Both the position numbers and the translations under genes were made by a program. DNA of 64,000 nucleotides from Dehalococcoidia bacterium (GTDB lineage Bacteria; Chloroflexota; Dehalococcoidia; Bin125): NCBI GenBank assembly GCA_963662615.2, contig CAXXSR010000002.1, forward strand, positions 160,001-224,000, given 5' to 3'. Positions 61,482 through 64,000 of this stretch are shown piece by piece (position 1 is the stretch's first letter; each line of letters opens with the position of its first letter). The notes under the pieces are model-generated. The model was not told the origin of the DNA and ran no database searches. It saw only the letters and a list, made by a program, of their open reading frames with translations.

Positions 61482-62314
61482 CCAGATGGGCACAGATGCC
61501 GCTGCGGATCGGGCGGCCCCGTCTGTCGCGCCCGAGGGTCGCGGGGCGCTGGGGCAAGAAGCGCACGGTCGCGCTGCTGTTGGTGACGGTGGCCCTGGCG
61601 CTGACGAGCTGCGTGGAGGGCGACCCGGGCCTGAGCATTACGGTGGGCGGCTCCGGCGAAGAGGGCGTGGCCTCCGACGGCACCACGGTGGGCTTCAACA
61701 GCGTGCAGCTGTTGGGGCTGCTCACGGTCCTGGCGCTGGCACCAGCGTTCCTGATCATGGTGACGTCATTCACGCGGACGATTGTGGTGCTGTCGCTGGT
61801 GCGGAATGCGATCGGTGTGCCGCAGCTGCCCCCGCACCAAGTGCTGCTGGGCCTGGCGCTCTTTCTCACCATCTTTGTGATGGCGCCGACGTTCGAGGAG
61901 ATCAACGAGACGGCGTTGCAGCCGTACTTCCGGGGGGAGCTGTCGCAGGGGGAGGCGTTCAAGATCGGCCAGGAGCCGCTGCGCGAGTTCATGTTCAAGC
62001 AGACGCGCGAGCAGGATCTGGGCCTCTTCGTCAAGTTGAGCGGGATGGAGCGCCCGGGGACGCCGGCGGATGTGCCGACACACGTGCTGATTCCGGCCTT
62101 CATCATCTCGGAGCTGAAGGCGGCGTTTCAGATGGGCTTTATTGCCTTCGTGCCGTTTCTGATCATCGACATTGTGGTGAGCAGCGCGTTGCTATCGATG
62201 GGGATGATGATGCTGCCGCCGGTGCTGATCTCGCTGCCCTTCAAGATTCTGCTGTTCGTGCTGGTGGACGGTTGGTTCCTGATCGTGGGCTCGCTGGCGG
62301 GCAGCTTTAGCTGA
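61478..62314 (+). CDS. fliP: Flagellar export protein FliP
   Basis: TSFTR, PAF.ISEL and MGMMMLPP...SLPFK.LLFVLVDGW motifs; GTG start at 61478. Confidence 0.96.
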   Translation: MTRWAQMPLRIGRPRLSRPRVAGRWGKKRTVALLLVTVALALTSCVEGDPGLSITVGGSGEEGVASDGTTVGFNSVQLLGLLTVLALAPAFLIMVTSFTRTIVVLSLVRNAIGVPQLPPHQVLLGLALFLTIFVMAPTFEEINETALQPYFRGELSQGEAFKIGQEPLREFMFKQTREQDLGLFVKLSGMERPGTPADVPTHVLIPAFIISELKAAFQMGFIAFVPFLIIDIVVSSALLSMGMMMLPPVLISLPFKILLFVLVDGWFLIVGSLAGSFS

Positions 62315-62351
62315 GCGCGTATGGCCGGGAGGCCTGAGGAGGCGGAGAGGT

Positions 62352-62618
62352 ATGTCGGAGGAGTTCGTCGTAGCGCTGGGCAGAGACGCCGTGATGACGG
62401 CCTTGATGGTGGCCGCGCCCATCTTGGGCTTCAGCCTGGTCACGGGCTTGGTGGTGTCGATCTTCCAGGCGGTCACGCAGATCAACGAGATCACGTTGAC
62501 CTTCGTGCCCAAGATCTTGGCGGTGTTCTTGTCGCTGGCGCTGTTCGGCCCGTGGAGCATGGGCGTGATAGTGGGCTTCTCGGAGCGACTGTTGGGCAAT
62601 TTGGGCGCGGTGGCCTAG
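62352..62618 (+). CDS. fliQ: Flagellar export protein FliQ
   Basis: FQAVTQINE.TLTFVPK. Confidence 0.96.
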   Translation: MSEEFVVALGRDAVMTALMVAAPILGFSLVTGLVVSIFQAVTQINEITLTFVPKILAVFLSLALFGPWSMGVIVGFSERLLGNLGAVA

Positions 62619-62673
62619 GACGGCGCGCGCGGCGAGACGATGGATCGCAGGCAAGTGAACGGAAACGCAGCCC

Positions 62674-63447
62674 GTGCCCGAGCTGACCGAGCCGATGCTG
62701 CTCACGTACGTGCTGATTGTGGTGCGGCTGAGCACGGCGCTGGTGATCATGCCGATGTTCGGGGCGGTCGGCGTGCCACCCCACACGAAGGTTGGCCTGG
62801 CGCTGTTCATGGGGCTGATCCTGGTGCCGCTGGCGCCAGCGGTGGAGCTGGCGCCGGGCTTGGCGCCGCTGCTGGCCGCTGTCGCCTTGGAGGCGCTGGT
62901 GGGCTTCGCGGTGGGCTTCGCGGTGGTGCTGGTCTTCCAGGGGCTGGAGGCGGCGGGCGGCTTGGTGGGGATCCAGATGGGCATGGGGCTGGGCGAGATC
63001 CTGGATCCGATCTCCGGGGCCCAGTCCAATGTGCTGCGTCGCTTTTACGCCATGCTGGCGATCTTGATCTTCTTCATGGTGAATGCGCACCACCAGGTGA
63101 TTGTGGGGCTGTTCGCGACGTTCGATCTGGTGCCGTTGTCATCGGTGAACGCGGCCGATCTGGACGTGACCGCTCTGATCCGGCTTTCGGGGTCTCTGTT
63201 CATTGTGGCGGTGCGGATTGCGCTGCCGGTGCTGGCCGCGGTGTTCATCACGGATTTGTCTCTGGGCGTGATGGCGCGGACCATGCCGCAGCTCAACGTC
63301 CTCATTGTGGGGTTGCCGGTGAAGATCGTGGTGGGGCTGCTGGTGCTGTTCGCGGCGTTGCCGGCGACGACGTCGGTGATGGGCTTCACCTTCGGCAATG
63401 TGCTCAGCGACATGACGGCGGTGCTGACGCCGTCGGCGCAGGGATGA
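62674..63447 (+). CDS. fliR: Flagellar export protein FliR
   Basis: AGG..G.QMG...DP and R..PQLNV..VG.P motifs. Confidence 0.95.
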   Translation: MPELTEPMLLTYVLIVVRLSTALVIMPMFGAVGVPPHTKVGLALFMGLILVPLAPAVELAPGLAPLLAAVALEALVGFAVGFAVVLVFQGLEAAGGLVGIQMGMGLGEILDPISGAQSNVLRRFYAMLAILIFFMVNAHHQVIVGLFATFDLVPLSSVNAADLDVTALIRLSGSLFIVAVRIALPVLAAVFITDLSLGVMARTMPQLNVLIVGLPVKIVVGLLVLFAALPATTSVMGFTFGNVLSDMTAVLTPSAQG

Positions 63448-63455
63448 CGTAACGC

Positions 63456-64000
63456 ATGCCGGGAGAAAAGACCGAGGAAGCGACGCCCAAGCGGCGCGCG
63501 GAGACGCGGCGGCGGGGCCAGGTTGCGCGCAGCCAGGACTTGAGCGGCGTCCTGGTCTTGCTGGGCGGCGTGGTGTTGCTGCGGGTGCTGGGCCCGGGGA
63601 TGATTGACGGCTTCACGACCTTTATGACCGGAGCGTTCACGCACATTGGCGAGGCAAAGCTGACGCCGCAGGGCGTGCTGGGCGGCGACAGGCACGTGCT
63701 GATGGCGACGGCGCAGATCATGCTGCCTCTCCTGTTCGGCATTGCGCTGGTGAGCGTGGCCGCGAACGTCCTGCAGACGGGGCCGCTGTTCTCGGCCTAC
63801 CCACTGCGCCCACAGCTGAGCCGGATTAGTCCGAAGTCGGGGGTCAAGCGGATCTTGAGCAAGCAGAGCCTGGTGACGCTGGCCAAGAGCCTGGCGAAGT
63901 TGGCGATCGTGGGCGGGGTGCTGGCGCTGGCGCTGCGTGCGCGTCTGGGTGATTTCGTATCGCTGGGGAGCGGCAGCGCCGGGCAAGGGGCGAACCGCTT
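63456..64000 (+). CDS. flhB: Flagellar export protein FlhB (3' truncated by window)
   Basis: Manual translation MPGEKTEEATPKRRAETRRRGQVARSQDL; follows fliR. Confidence 0.93.
   Translation, partial: MPGEKTEEATPKRRAETRRRGQVARSQDLSGVLVLLGGVVLLRVLGPGMIDGFTTFMTGAFTHIGEAKLTPQGVLGGDRHVLMATAQIMLPLLFGIALVSVAANVLQTGPLFSAYPLRPQLSRISPKSGVKRILSKQSLVTLAKSLAKLAIVGGVLALALRARLGDFVSLGSGSAGQGANR

Overview
Very GC-rich bacterial chromosome segment. Gene content and style suggest Chloroflexota (Dehalococcoidia/Tepidiformales-like); this is inferred, not searched. From left to right: (1) an F1Fo ATP synthase operon on the minus strand (atpI-B-E-F-H-A-G-D, atpD running off the edge), with an unusually long 515-aa subunit a; (2) housekeeping genes (DUF151 nuclease, MFS, pyrF, comB-like, cinA, PadR plus membrane protein, MBL hydrolase); (3) an orphan CbbQ/NorQ AAA+ ATPase and VWA pair with coaE; (4) an acyl-CoA catabolic region (etfAB, Fe-S/CCG oxidoreductase, acyl-CoA ligase, crotonases, SDRs, acyl-CoA dehydrogenase, penicillin-acylase family, clpS); (5) a cluster of secreted proteins at 39.2-49.7 kb (two subtilases, lysyl oxidase, M10 metalloprotease, an unannotated Gly-rich peptide, an LPxTG protein); (6) HIT, YqeK, rhomboid and BtuF-like genes; (7) a c-di-AMP (ydaO/yuaA) riboswitch followed by two zinc-ribbon miniproteins, a NarL/LuxR response regulator and a flagellar cluster (flbD motAB fliLMNOPQR flhB). 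The best candidates for undescribed biology are: a Gly-linker plus C-x8-C C-terminal tail shared by three unrelated secreted enzymes; a CGTAAC-N16-CnnnnATAG promoter-like box with identical spacing at three sites in the same cluster; and the c-di-AMP riboswitch/zinc-ribbon module heading the flagellar genes. No rRNA, tRNA, CRISPR array or transposase was recognised.
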